DNA of 64,000 nt from Desulfovibrio sp. (GTDB lineage: Bacteria; Desulfobacterota; Desulfovibrionia; Desulfovibrionales; Desulfovibrionaceae), in the NCBI RefSeq assembly GCF_047607245.1, contig NZ_JASGDK010000070.1, forward strand, positions 11,610 to 75,609, written 5' to 3'. This document shows, piece by piece, positions 52,826-62,625 of this stretch; position 1 is the stretch's first letter, and each line of letters opens with the position of its first letter. The notes below the pieces were generated by a model that saw nothing but the letters and a program-made list of their open reading frames with translations, had not been told where the DNA came from and made no database searches. The position numbers were made by a program, and so were the translations under genes.

Positions 52826-53785
52826 ATGCAAATGACTTTGCGCCAGATAGAAGCTTTTCTTATGGTGGCTGACCTGCGCAGTTTTACGGCCGCCGGAACC
52901 GCGCTCCACATAACGCAAAGCGCGGTCAGCAACCTCATCAAGGAATTGGAAGGCCAGGTAGGCGTGCCGCTTTTTGACAGAACCTCGCGCTTTGTTTCCC
53001 TGTCGCCCGATGGCCGCGAATTCTACGGGTTGGCACAGAAGGCTTTTCACGAATTTTTGCTGATGGAAAAATACGCGGGCGACCTTTGCAGCCTGCGCGC
53101 CGGGCGCGTGCGCATCGTGGGAGCGCCGCTTATTGCCTGCACCTTGTTACCGCTGCTGCTGGCACACTTCACACGGGCGCAGCCCAATATCCGCGTGGAA
53201 CTGGTGGACCAGCCTATGGCGCAGGTGCAGTCAAGCATACAGCAAGGTGATGCGGAGGTAGGTTTTGGCCCGGCCCGTCATCAGGAGGCCGGAATAACAG
53301 CCCAGCACTTCTTTTCCACCCCGGTAAGCATGCTTTCGCGGCCCGATCATCCCCTGGCTGGACGCTACAGCACCTGGGACGAGGTTAAAAAAGTACCCAT
53401 CATCGCTGTGGGCAGGGAATCAGTGGGCTATATCGCGGCTGACGTAGGCCCTCAACCGCCATTTCTCATAGGCCAGGTGGTTAACCAGATGCCTACAGCT
53501 TTTGCCCTTGCGGCTGCTGGTTGCGGCGTAGCTCTTGCCGGGCGTTTTTCGCTGCTGCTCGCCCGAGGGTACGGCCTTACGGCCACCCTGCTGCACGAAC
53601 CAGTTTTGCAGCGCAAAATGCAGCTATACACTCCCGGGCTTCGTAAACTTTCGGATGCCGCACAGACATTTGTGGATTTTGCCCAAGCATTCGTGCGCAC
53701 CCGCGATCCCAACAGTCTGGATACTGGAACAGTTGTTACCCTGGCTCCCGTACCGGACTGCGCCGCATCCCCCACCAGCCATTAA
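52826..53785 (+). CDS. LysR-family transcriptional regulator
   Basis: N-terminal wHTH LRQIEAFLMVADLRSFTAAGTALHITQSAVSNLIKELE plus a C-terminal effector domain. AAGAGGA RBS. Confidence 0.9.
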   Translation: MQMTLRQIEAFLMVADLRSFTAAGTALHITQSAVSNLIKELEGQVGVPLFDRTSRFVSLSPDGREFYGLAQKAFHEFLLMEKYAGDLCSLRAGRVRIVGAPLIACTLLPLLLAHFTRAQPNIRVELVDQPMAQVQSSIQQGDAEVGFGPARHQEAGITAQHFFSTPVSMLSRPDHPLAGRYSTWDEVKKVPIIAVGRESVGYIAADVGPQPPFLIGQVVNQMPTAFALAAAGCGVALAGRFSLLLARGYGLTATLLHEPVLQRKMQLYTPGLRKLSDAAQTFVDFAQAFVRTRDPNSLDTGTVVTLAPVPDCAASPTSH

Positions 53786-53993
53786 CCTTCGACCCGGAGA
53801 CTTTTCCGGCTCATGCTGCCGCCGACAGCGACTTTCAATGGCTCTGAACTTACGATAACGCGGGGGCAACAACTTTTTTAGCCGCCCGGCAACTGTTTCT
53901 GGCGCACACACCATCAGCCTTCGCCACACACATTTTGCCAAGATCTTAAAAACTGCCGGGCATCAATACCATCGCCACGGTTTCTGCATATTC

Positions 53994-54026
53994 AAAAAAA
54001 ATGTCCGGCAAGCCGAACATTTTTTC
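53994..54026. terminator. Bidirectional rho-independent terminator
   Basis: A7 run, ATGTCCGG-caag-CCGAACAT (one mismatch), then a T6 run. It lies between the LysR gene (+) and the AEC transporter (-). Confidence 0.55.
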
Positions 54027-54095
54027 GCAGGCGTTCTGCGTATATTTTTATGCATGCTGCCCGCATTTGGCGGGCAGGCATTCAACGGCCTCAGC

Positions 54096-55079
54096 CTACA
54101 GCATACCCAGCGCGTGGAACAGCCACACAAAACCAGTCAGGGTCAAAATGCTTACGCCATTGGTCACCACAGCTGTAAGCGCGGCCTCTTCCGGCACGGC
54201 GCTGTAAACCTGTGCAATAACGCTGACTAGCAGGGCTGTTGCCGTTGCGCTGATAAGTACGGGAATAACCAGCCACAGCCCAGTGATACCCATAGCATGC
54301 ATGATGCCCCAGCACAGCAAGGGATGCAGAACCAGCTTGCACAGGGCGAACCATGCCTGCCGAAGCACTACGCCGCCCTGCGCGCGCCGGGTAGCGACGG
54401 CAAGCTTTTGCCGCAGGTCCAGCCCGAGGGCCAACAACATGCAGGGCGCCGCCGTGTAGCCCACAAGGCTTATGGCGCGATCCAGCGGTTCCCACAGGCC
54501 AATCCGCGTTACGGAAAGCACCACGCCCACCAGTGTGGCAAGCAGCAAGGGGTTGCCCAGAATGAAAATACGCACCAGGCTGCCCGCAAAAGTCAACACG
54601 TTGCCGCCCTTCCAGGCAAGCGAACCAGCCAAAATATCAAGCCGGCCCTGCGCCAGAATAATGACGACATTGGGTGTAAGAATGGCCAGCCCGGCTACAA
54701 GCATGGCTTCGCTGTTACCGGGCCACAGGTTGTATACAATGGGCAGGCCAACAAAAGCCGCGTTGCAGGCCGAACAGGAAAAGCCGCTGATGACGGCAGG
54801 ACCAATGCCCCGGCGGCAAAACAGCTTGTCTCCCATATAGCCGATCACGTACATGACCAGCTGAGAACCAATAAGGGCCAGCCAGAAACCGCCCCTGCCC
54901 AGATCCTCGGGGGTCGCTCCTGCCAGAAGGTGCAGGATGAGCAACGGCAAAGCAACCTTGAGCACATACACGCCAATCACTGGCCCGGTGTTTTCGGGCA
55001 GCACGTCGCGCGCCCGGAGCAAAACGCCAAAGCCAATGATACAGAACACGGGAATCACTGCAAAAAGGGCATGAAACAT
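54096..55079 (-). CDS. AEC-family (auxin efflux carrier-like) transporter
   Basis: A polytopic membrane protein beginning MFHALFAVIPVFCIIGFGVLLR, typical of AEC permeases. The start may be ATG 55079 or GTG 55127. Confidence 0.7.
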   Translation of the reverse strand: MFHALFAVIPVFCIIGFGVLLRARDVLPENTGPVIGVYVLKVALPLLILHLLAGATPEDLGRGGFWLALIGSQLVMYVIGYMGDKLFCRRGIGPAVISGFSCSACNAAFVGLPIVYNLWPGNSEAMLVAGLAILTPNVVIILAQGRLDILAGSLAWKGGNVLTFAGSLVRIFILGNPLLLATLVGVVLSVTRIGLWEPLDRAISLVGYTAAPCMLLALGLDLRQKLAVATRRAQGGVVLRQAWFALCKLVLHPLLCWGIMHAMGITGLWLVIPVLISATATALLVSVIAQVYSAVPEEAALTAVVTNGVSILTLTGFVWLFHALGML

Positions 55080-55375
55080 ATTAATTCTCGACCGTTGGGA
55101 AAAGGTAAAATTTTTGAGCAGACTCACCTTGAAACTGCTCTGGTTTCTGCACCTGCAGCCATCGCCACAAAGATGCAGGTTGAAACTTTTTGTGTCGCCA
55201 AACGACGGATGAGGTCTTACACCTCTAAAAATCAGCCGTCAAAGACCATTCTTCTGGCCATAAGAGGGCTCTGCGCCACACGCGAAAAAGCATGCTCTTC
55301 CTGACAAGCTCTGTCCAGCATGCCACAGAAACGTCACAAGGAACGGCCACGCCTGTTTCGGCAGCCACAAAGCAA

Positions 55376-55400
55376 AACCCCCGATCCTGAGACCGGGGGT
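55376..55400 (-). terminator. Terminator downstream of the skp-like gene
   Basis: On the minus strand: ACCCCCG-loop-CGGGGGT followed by TTTGCTTTG. Confidence 0.5.
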
Positions 55401-55452
55401 CTAACTTTTTCGCTGCCCGGCGTGAACCGGTTACGAAAACGGGATGCGAAGC

Positions 55453-56055
55453 TTATTTCTTTTCAGCAGGCTTAGCGGGCTTTTCAGCAGCCTTGTCGGC
55501 AGGCTTTTCAGCGGGAGCGGCGGCTTTGGGCGCTTCTGCCGCGGGGGCAGCTGCGGCATCGGCAGCGCCTTCGGGAGCTGCAGCCTTGAAGTCCACCTTC
55601 TGCTTGTTCATAGCCGCGATGATGTCTGTGGTCACGTCAGCCTTGGGATCAAAGGAAGCGGCGGCTTCAGAGCTGATGATAAGCGCGTAGCCCTTTTCGG
55701 TGCGGTAGGCGTTGATAATACGCTGCATGGTGTCATACAGAACGTTAACCACGTTCTGCTGCTCCACCTGCATACGCTGCTGCGACATCATGTAGACGGT
55801 CTGCAGCTCTTTCTGGGCGTCAGCATCGTTGGCGTTCTTTTCCAGACGCCCCTGGATGGCGTTCAGCTGTTCCTGCATGTCGGCCTGAAGAGCTTCAAGG
55901 TGTTTCACCCCGGCCTTTCCGGCTTCGCTGTCGCGCATGATGCGCGTCATATCCACGACCGCCAGCTTGGGCTGGGAAGAGCCTTCGCCCTGTTGGCAGG
56001 CAATAAGCATAAGGCTCAACATCAGGGCCAGCGGCAAAAAATAACGGATTCGCAT
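55453..56055 (-). CDS. OmpH/Skp-like periplasmic chaperone (lipoprotein form) with an Ala/Pro/Lys-rich tail
   Basis: Lipobox LMLIAC. The coiled-coil-rich core (LAVVDMTRIMRDSEAGK...LQ...) resembles Skp/OmpH. The C-terminal AAPAAEAPKAAAPAEKPADKAAEKPAKPAEKK stretch is low complexity. Confidence 0.7.
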   Translation of the reverse strand: MRIRYFLPLALMLSLMLIACQQGEGSSQPKLAVVDMTRIMRDSEAGKAGVKHLEALQADMQEQLNAIQGRLEKNANDADAQKELQTVYMMSQQRMQVEQQNVVNVLYDTMQRIINAYRTEKGYALIISSEAAASFDPKADVTTDIIAAMNKQKVDFKAAAPEGAADAAAAPAAEAPKAAAPAEKPADKAAEKPAKPAEKK

Positions 56056-56259
56056 GGTAATGGATACTCCTCATCAGAATTGCCGTGTTACGCTGAAAAG
56101 CCCTCACGGCGTGTTGCCAATGGTGTACGTTGTTTTTATTGGTACCTCAACCGTTTTTTCCCTGCCAAACCCCACTGTTCATAAAAATATCCAGTCAAAA
56201 AACTGCCGGATTTTCTTACACGCGGCCTGGGCATAAAAATCCGCTGCGCGGGCACGCCT

Positions 56260-57330
56260 CTATTGCAGAGCGGCATAATGCCCCTTCATACGCGCAACCT
56301 TGGCCACATAGGCACGGGTTTCGGCAACGGGAAGACGGTTGGTAAGATCTTCATACAATTGGTCGGCGGTCATGCCGTTGATGACATCCACAGCTTCCTC
56401 GTTGGTCTTGCCAAAGAGCCGCAGAAAACGGTTGGGGCCCATATTATACGCCGCCACTGCGCAGTACTCGCGGGCAAGCGGATCATACACTCCGGCAAAG
56501 TAGCGCGTGAGCAATATATGCAGATAGGTGGTGCCGTACCGTATATTGATTTCCGGCACGCGCAGCTCTTCAAAACTCACGTCGCCAGTATGGCCATAGA
56601 GGTATTTATGCACCTCGCCGCTGGCGGTGTCAGGCAGTATCTGCATGAGCCCCATTGCCGACTTGTGGCTTACCAGGGTGGTTGAAAAAGAGCTTTCACT
56701 GTGAATGATGGCATATACAAGTTCGGTACTGAGGTTATACCGTCTGGCAAAATTTTCCACCAGTTGCTGATAACGGGCGGCTCTGGCTGGAAGGCTGCCG
56801 TAGCTCAAATAACTGTCGCCGGACAAAGCGCCGTCTCTTTCCATCGGCCCGGCATTGCCTTTACTGCCTGAACGGGGGATGAACGGGCTATAGCCCTCCA
56901 GCAGGGTTTCGGCGGCAAGCCAACGCAAGGGCTGCCCCTTGGAGTCCAGCGCGTCACCATACTGCGGCGGCTGCATGGTCAAAAGAAAAGGCATGGAAAC
57001 GCCATCCAGCGCCAGTACAGAGGCAAGCTGCGCCGACGCGTCAGGAAGCTGTGAAAACAGTTCGTCCTCCACACCGCCCGGCAGCGCTGCTCCCGCCACA
57101 GCCACCACAGGCGACGCCGCCCGGCGCAGCGACCACTGCCGCGAGCCATTGCTCCATGAAACAATGGGCGTAGGCATGTCCTCCGGGCGCAGGCTGACAA
57201 CCACGGGGCTCACCCGCCGCCGCAGCTCATGCCCCTCTTTTTGCGGCACAAAACCCGCCAGAAGCCCCAGAAGCAGCAATGCGCTGCCAAGGCAAGAGGC
57301 TATGATGAGAATGGTTTTGTGGCGCTTCAT
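56260..57330 (-). CDS. Membrane-anchored lytic murein transglycosylase (SLT domain, MltC-like)
   Basis: N-terminal anchor. SLT catalytic motifs AIIHSESSF (catalytic Glu), GLMQI and AYNMG. Confidence 0.8.
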   Translation of the reverse strand: MKRHKTILIIASCLGSALLLLGLLAGFVPQKEGHELRRRVSPVVVSLRPEDMPTPIVSWSNGSRQWSLRRAASPVVAVAGAALPGGVEDELFSQLPDASAQLASVLALDGVSMPFLLTMQPPQYGDALDSKGQPLRWLAAETLLEGYSPFIPRSGSKGNAGPMERDGALSGDSYLSYGSLPARAARYQQLVENFARRYNLSTELVYAIIHSESSFSTTLVSHKSAMGLMQILPDTASGEVHKYLYGHTGDVSFEELRVPEINIRYGTTYLHILLTRYFAGVYDPLAREYCAVAAYNMGPNRFLRLFGKTNEEAVDVINGMTADQLYEDLTNRLPVAETRAYVAKVARMKGHYAALQ

Positions 57331-57751
57331 GAGTATTCCTGAAATATGCGGGCCATGCCCTGATCTTACGTAATTTCTGACAAAATGGTTCTGATGCGGG
57401 TCCAGTGAACAGCAGGCGCGGGGTCATTGTCCATGCCTGATCACACGGCACATTATTGGCGCACGGTATCGCCGCCCAGCAGTTTCCTCGCCACGTCCGC
57501 GCACAAAAGCACGTTGCGGGCCGCATTTCGTCAAATGCAAGTTCACTGCCATTTGAAAAATCATTTGTTTTTCAAGGCTGTTAAATAATCCATCCGAAGA
57601 TCTGCGGCAGCAGGGTCAAAATAATGAATGCCGTTGACCTGTCGCCCATTCAGGACTATGCTTGGTAATCTGAGGCGAGTCCTGTTTTTGTCTGTCATCA
57701 GGGCTTCAAGCTATAAAAACAGACCTGCCTCTCAATAAAAAACGTCCAGGC

Positions 57752-57790
57752 GGCTGTGGCTTGACAAGGCCGCAGCCTTTTGTCTTTTTC
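57752..57790 (+). terminator. Terminator-like hairpin immediately upstream of the GAF-DHp gene (possible attenuator)
   Basis: GGCTGTGGC (57752-57760) / GCCGCAGCC (57769-57777, one G-U pair) followed by TTTTGTCTTTTT. No plus-strand CDS lies upstream. Confidence 0.4.
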
Positions 57791-57818
57791 TACCGCGACT
57801 AAAATCACCCTGCGGAAA

Positions 57819-58952
57819 ATGGAGCACACCGTGCCACAGCACACCAAGGAATATATCCGCGAGGAGATCATACGGCTTTTAAAATACGCCCCGCCCGAAA
57901 TGCGCGCGGCAGTTCTGGGCCTGATTCCTGCCACCAAGCGGACCCTTACGCAGGGCTACAGACCCTCGGTGCGCGGCGTGCCTCTGCGCAGCTGGCGCTG
58001 CCTGCTGCACCTGCTGTCTTCAGTAGCATCCATGCAAAGCGACACGGAAATGCTGCTGCGTGTTTCCAGCGACCTGCTTGCCATTGCCGACCGCATGGCT
58101 CCTCCTGGTGAAGTGCTGCGCCAAAGTGCCGAAATTCTTGTGCATGCCATGCACGCTGAACTCTATGTCTGCCGCCTGCGCAACAAAGAAGGCGAGTGGG
58201 TGGCGCGCTCGGCCAACCATGTGAACGGCAAATCCATTCCCATTGTGGCTCCCATGCTTGAAGAATCCCTGCGCGAGCATCCTGTCATGAACGCTATTTT
58301 GCAGCGGCACACGCGCTATGTGGTTTCCAACAACCTTCAGGCTCTTGATAGAGGCGGCGACTCCTTTGACTGCGTAATCTACAAGGAAGGCTTCCGCTCG
58401 CGCCTGGCCTTTGTGCTGCGCGACCGCAGCGACAAACCGCCCTTCGGGCTTGTCATGCTGTACACCACAAGGGAGTATGGCTTTGAAAACTATGACGAAC
58501 GTTTTCTGGCAAAGTGCGCCCGTCTGGTGTCTCTTACAGTGGGCCGCCGCATAGCCGTAGCCCGCGACGCGTTGGAAAAAGCCGCCGGAGCTATGGCCCA
58601 CTATGGCAACAACGCGCTCAACGTCATGCGGAACCAGGCGGAATATTGCGGCGAACTGGTGGAAGACATTGACGCCACCCAGGCCCGCGCCCTGCGCCTC
58701 ACGCGCGAGCTGATGGCCGAATTTGCCGAGGGCACCAGAGGCCGTATGCTGGCCCTGGAACTGGAAAGCGCCCTGGCACGGGCAGACCTTACCGAACTTG
58801 CGGGACACCTTGGCGGCGTGCTGGAAGGCACAAGACGCATGACCCGCATCATCAATTCCCTGAAAAAATCCGTGGAGCGCCCGCGTCTCATGCATTATGC
58901 CCTGGGACATGACGTGCTGCGGCTGGAAGACGACCCGCCAAGGGAGGACTAG
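57819..58952 (+). CDS. Cytoplasmic GAF-like sensor domain fused to a histidine-kinase-type dimerisation (DHp) helix pair, with no ATPase domain
   Basis: The central ~170 aa have GAF-like pattern (ELYVCRLRNKEGEWV...LAFVLRDRSDKPPFGLVMLY). The H-box-like GAMAHYGNNALNVMRNQAEY is followed by ~100 aa of helices. The ORF stops (58950-58952) 1 nt before the SulP ATG. The start is uncertain (ATG 57819 vs the track's TTG 57780). Confidence 0.45.
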   Translation: MEHTVPQHTKEYIREEIIRLLKYAPPEMRAAVLGLIPATKRTLTQGYRPSVRGVPLRSWRCLLHLLSSVASMQSDTEMLLRVSSDLLAIADRMAPPGEVLRQSAEILVHAMHAELYVCRLRNKEGEWVARSANHVNGKSIPIVAPMLEESLREHPVMNAILQRHTRYVVSNNLQALDRGGDSFDCVIYKEGFRSRLAFVLRDRSDKPPFGLVMLYTTREYGFENYDERFLAKCARLVSLTVGRRIAVARDALEKAAGAMAHYGNNALNVMRNQAEYCGELVEDIDATQARALRLTRELMAEFAEGTRGRMLALELESALARADLTELAGHLGGVLEGTRRMTRIINSLKKSVERPRLMHYALGHDVLRLEDDPPRED

Positions 58953-58953
58953 C

Positions 58954-61179
58954 ATGCGCCTGACGGGCATCTTTCCTTTTCTGACCACACTAAAGACTTA
59001 CTCGCCCCGTGATCTCAAAGCGGACCTTATGGCCGCCGTCACTGTCACGCCTATGGCCGTTCCCCAGGCTATGGCCTATGCCATCATTGCGGGCGTACAC
59101 CCGCAGTACGGCATCTACGCGTGTATGCTGCCCGTCATTCTGGCGGCTCTGTGGGGTTCTTCACGCTTTATGGCTGCGGGACCCACCAACGCCATTTCGA
59201 TGGTGATCTTTTCCACTATGGCCACGGTGAGCGTGGGCGGCGTACACATCATCAATATGCCGGAAGAAGTGCGCATGACCTATATTTTCGGTCTTGCGCT
59301 CTTTTGCGGACTCATACAGGTGGGCATGGGGCTGGCGCGGCTGGGCGACCTTGCCAACTTTATTTCGCATTCGGTTATGGTGGCCTTTACCACAGGCGCA
59401 GCCCTGCTCATCGGCATGGGGCAGCTCAAAACGGTTCTCGGCATACCCGGCCCCAAGCAGGCGGGCTTTTTCTACCAGATGTTCGACGTGCTGCACGGAC
59501 TGCCGCTGGCCAATTACTGGTGCGCGGCGCTGGCTGGCCTGACCATACTGCTGGCCATAAGTTTCAAGCGTATTTCACGGCGTTTTCCCGCCTCGCTGGC
59601 CGCTTTGGCCGTAGTGACGGCCATTGCGTGGCTTTTCAGGGCAGACCAGTACGGCGTTCCCCTTGTGGGGGCCATTCCCGATGTCATTCCGCCGCTTTCT
59701 GTGCCTCCTGCCTTTGACCTCGCCGCTGTGCGCGACCTCTTTATGCCCGCATTGGCTCTGGCCCTGCTGGGCACGGTGGAATCTCTGGCCATTGGCAAGC
59801 AGCTTGCCAGCGTCAAAAACGACAACTTTGACGGCAGCCAGGAACTCATAGGCCAGGGGCTCGGCAATATGGCCGCAGGCATTACCTCTGGCATACCGGG
59901 CTGCGGCTCCTTCACGCGCAGTGCGCTCATGGTCACATCAGGCGGCCGCACACGTATGGGCACAGTCTTTTCGGGCATACTGGCCCTGCCTATGCTCTTT
60001 GCTCTGGCCCCGTTCATCTCGTGGTTGCCCTTGCCTGCCCTGGGCGGCATCCTGCTCATTATCGCCGCACGCATGATTGATGTCGAGGCCATACGCCTGT
60101 GCCTTGTGGCCACGCGCATTGACCGTATCGTGCTGTCAATGACCTTTGCCTCCACCCTTATTTTCGACCTTGAAAAAGCCATTTTCATCGGCGTGCTGCT
60201 GTCTTTGGTGCTCTTCATTTATAAGACCGCCCACCCGCGTGTGCGGAGGCTGCGCGACAACGATCCGCTGCTGCGCGACGCCCCCGCAGGACTGCCCGAA
60301 GGCATCGCCGTCTATGTTATTGAAGGCACCCTCTTGTTCGGCGCCATCCACGAACTGGAACGCCAGTTGTATGAAGAAGACGAAGAACCCGCCCGCCTTG
60401 TGGTGCTGCATCTGAGCCGTGTCTTCTGGCTGGACGCCTCCGGCGCGCACGCCCTGTCGCAATTTGTAGAGCGCTGCTACGCCCGCAGCATCCCCGTTAT
60501 TCTTGTGGTGGGCAGCCGGGCCGTGAGCCGCATCCTTGAACGCACGGGCATACTTGAGCACCTCAGCAACGGCTTTGTGGCCGAGACCACCAATGACGGG
60601 CTGCGCCAGGCGGCCTCTCTTCTGGACCGGGTCACTTGCCGTGACGGCCAGTGCGTCTATCCTGTGCCCGACCTCGCGGTTCAGGCGGCTTCATCCGGCG
60701 CAGCAGGGTCTTCGCAGGCAGGCATTGTCACTTCCCCTGCCGGGGATGGCAGCGAGGGCGAAGAAGAGGAACCGCCAGTTCTTAACGCCACAGAGGCTGG
60801 CGCTGCCGCCAGTACTGCACCCACGCAGATTGACCAGATGCCGCTGGATATTCACGAAGATACAAAAAAAGAAGAAGCACATGCCGCTGCTGAGGCAAAC
60901 GAAGCGGATCAGGCAGACGAAGCGGGCGCAAAAACTGCCCGGGACAGCAGCGCCCCGAGCAGTACAGGCGACGCCGTCCCTGACATTTCGGGCGAAAATG
61001 CGCCTGCCCCGGCAAAGTCACAGGCAGATCCTCAATCAGGCCTGCCCGGTATGCCCGATCAGGTTGCCGAAGCCAGCATTACCATCGTTGGTCCGCGCCC
61101 TCCTGCGCCCTTTCCCGGAACCGACGAACTGCAAGGCCCGACTGTGCCCGCCGGAGAATCAGCAACAACGCAAAAATAA
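58954..61179 (+). CDS. SulP-family anion transporter with cytoplasmic STAS domain and a long acidic, disordered C-terminal tail
   Basis: GGGAGG RBS before ATG 58954. SulP motifs (DLMAAVTVTPMAVPQAMAYAIIAG, GSSRFMAAGPTNA). STAS region (VIEGTLLFGA...LHLSRVFWLDASGAHAL). The last ~170 aa are Ala/Glu/Pro/Ser-rich. Confidence 0.9.
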   Translation: MRLTGIFPFLTTLKTYSPRDLKADLMAAVTVTPMAVPQAMAYAIIAGVHPQYGIYACMLPVILAALWGSSRFMAAGPTNAISMVIFSTMATVSVGGVHIINMPEEVRMTYIFGLALFCGLIQVGMGLARLGDLANFISHSVMVAFTTGAALLIGMGQLKTVLGIPGPKQAGFFYQMFDVLHGLPLANYWCAALAGLTILLAISFKRISRRFPASLAALAVVTAIAWLFRADQYGVPLVGAIPDVIPPLSVPPAFDLAAVRDLFMPALALALLGTVESLAIGKQLASVKNDNFDGSQELIGQGLGNMAAGITSGIPGCGSFTRSALMVTSGGRTRMGTVFSGILALPMLFALAPFISWLPLPALGGILLIIAARMIDVEAIRLCLVATRIDRIVLSMTFASTLIFDLEKAIFIGVLLSLVLFIYKTAHPRVRRLRDNDPLLRDAPAGLPEGIAVYVIEGTLLFGAIHELERQLYEEDEEPARLVVLHLSRVFWLDASGAHALSQFVERCYARSIPVILVVGSRAVSRILERTGILEHLSNGFVAETTNDGLRQAASLLDRVTCRDGQCVYPVPDLAVQAASSGAAGSSQAGIVTSPAGDGSEGEEEEPPVLNATEAGAAASTAPTQIDQMPLDIHEDTKKEEAHAAAEANEADQADEAGAKTARDSSAPSSTGDAVPDISGENAPAPAKSQADPQSGLPGMPDQVAEASITIVGPRPPAPFPGTDELQGPTVPAGESATTQK

Positions 61180-61544
61180 CAAAAGGCATCAGGCCCGTGT
61201 GCTACGTCAAAAGCTGAAAAAAGCGCGGGTTGATACCATACCTCTTTTCCGGCAAAATTGGTGGGTTGCGTGCTGATGCTTTTGCGGCATTGCCTGCCGT
61301 CAACGTCTCCCAAGCGGATCAACGGTGAAATACTTCAATTTCACCATTGACATTCTGCCGGGGGATGTAATGTCTGCAGAGTCCACGCCATTCTACGGTA
61401 CGCGGTCTCTCGTGCAGCGGTAGAGCATTTACATTTTCAAAGTTAAAATGCCCGATACGGCAAGGCTGTTACGCAGCCGCACAGGTCAACAGCCCGGCAT
61501 AAACGTATAACACAGACTCCCGTCAGTATTTTTTAAGGATTCCC

Positions 61545-62540
61545 GTGAGCAAGGCCTTTTCTCTGCCCCCCTGCCCCTGCAACCCGCCAAGCCTGCCCAT
61601 AGGCCGGGAGCATCCCTGGCTGGCCCCTCTGGCCGGATACAGCGACCTGCCCTTTCGCCTTCTCTGCCGCGAATACGGAGCCGCCGTCTGCGTGACGGAA
61701 ATGGTCAGCGCCAAGGGTCTGGTTTATGAAAGTCCCGGCACCAACGAATTGTTGATGAGCCTGCCCGAAGACCAGCCGCTGGTGGTACAGCTTTTTGGAG
61801 CCGAAGCCTCTTTTCTGAGCCAAGCTGTCAGCCTGCTGCGCGAAGCCGGATACGGCTGGTTTGACCTCAATATGGGCTGCTCTGTTTCAAAAGTGCTGCG
61901 TCAGGGCGCGGGAGCTGCCATGCTTGGTGATACGGACAACATCCTTGAGGTGGCCCGTGCCATGCTGGCTGCCGCCGGGCCGGGAAGGGTGGGCTTCAAG
62001 CTGCGCCTGGGTCTGGACGACACGCGCCCCGTATTGCCAGACCTGGCTTTGCGGTTGGAAGACGCAGGCGCGGGCTGGCTGGTGTTGCATCCGCGCACGG
62101 CCCGTCAGGGCTTTGGCGGCACAGCCCAGTGGCAGGCTTTGGCAGATCTGGCCCCTCGCCTGTCCATTCCGCTGATGGCCAGCGGCGATCTTTTCAGCGC
62201 CGCCGACGGCATGGCCTGCCTTGAGCAGACAGGCGTTGCGGGACTTATGTACGCGCGTGGGGCCATGCACAACCCGGCCATTTTCGCCGACCATGCAGCT
62301 CTTTGCGCGGGCAGGCAGCCGCAAACCCAGGATGCGGACGGACTCAAGGCCATGATTTTACGCCATATGGAGCTTGCCCAGCTGCATTGCCCCGGCAAGG
62401 CGGCCATATGGAAAATGCGCAGCGTCGTGCCGCGTTACGTCCGTTCCTTGCCCGGCGCACGGGCGCTGCGGCAGGAGCTCTGCCGCTGCTCGAGCTGGGA
62501 AGAACTTGAAGAAGCACTGGACAGATGCCTGACTGTTTGA
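61545..62540 (+). CDS. tRNA-dihydrouridine synthase (Dus family)
   Basis: GTG start with an AAGGA RBS. Motifs LAPLAGYSDLPFRLL, VTEMVSA, VQLFG and DLNMGCSVSKV (catalytic Cys loop). Confidence 0.85.
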   Translation: MSKAFSLPPCPCNPPSLPIGREHPWLAPLAGYSDLPFRLLCREYGAAVCVTEMVSAKGLVYESPGTNELLMSLPEDQPLVVQLFGAEASFLSQAVSLLREAGYGWFDLNMGCSVSKVLRQGAGAAMLGDTDNILEVARAMLAAAGPGRVGFKLRLGLDDTRPVLPDLALRLEDAGAGWLVLHPRTARQGFGGTAQWQALADLAPRLSIPLMASGDLFSAADGMACLEQTGVAGLMYARGAMHNPAIFADHAALCAGRQPQTQDADGLKAMILRHMELAQLHCPGKAAIWKMRSVVPRYVRSLPGARALRQELCRCSSWEELEEALDRCLTV

Positions 62541-62625
62541 GACGCTGCCTTTCTACAGGAAAATCGATTGTGACGGTCATGCCAGTTTTGCCTCGCAAGA
62601 CGGCACCGGCACAGCAGGAGAACAC

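Noticed and set aside
61400-61460. tRNA-like D-arm sequence GTGCAGCGGTAGAGCAT followed by a TTTTCAA loop (a possible tRNA-Glu fragment).
   Set aside because: It has no acceptor-stem complement and no T-arm (GGTTCGAATCC-like). The anticodon stem pairs only 3 of 5 positions. At best it is a decayed fragment, so I do not report it as a tRNA.
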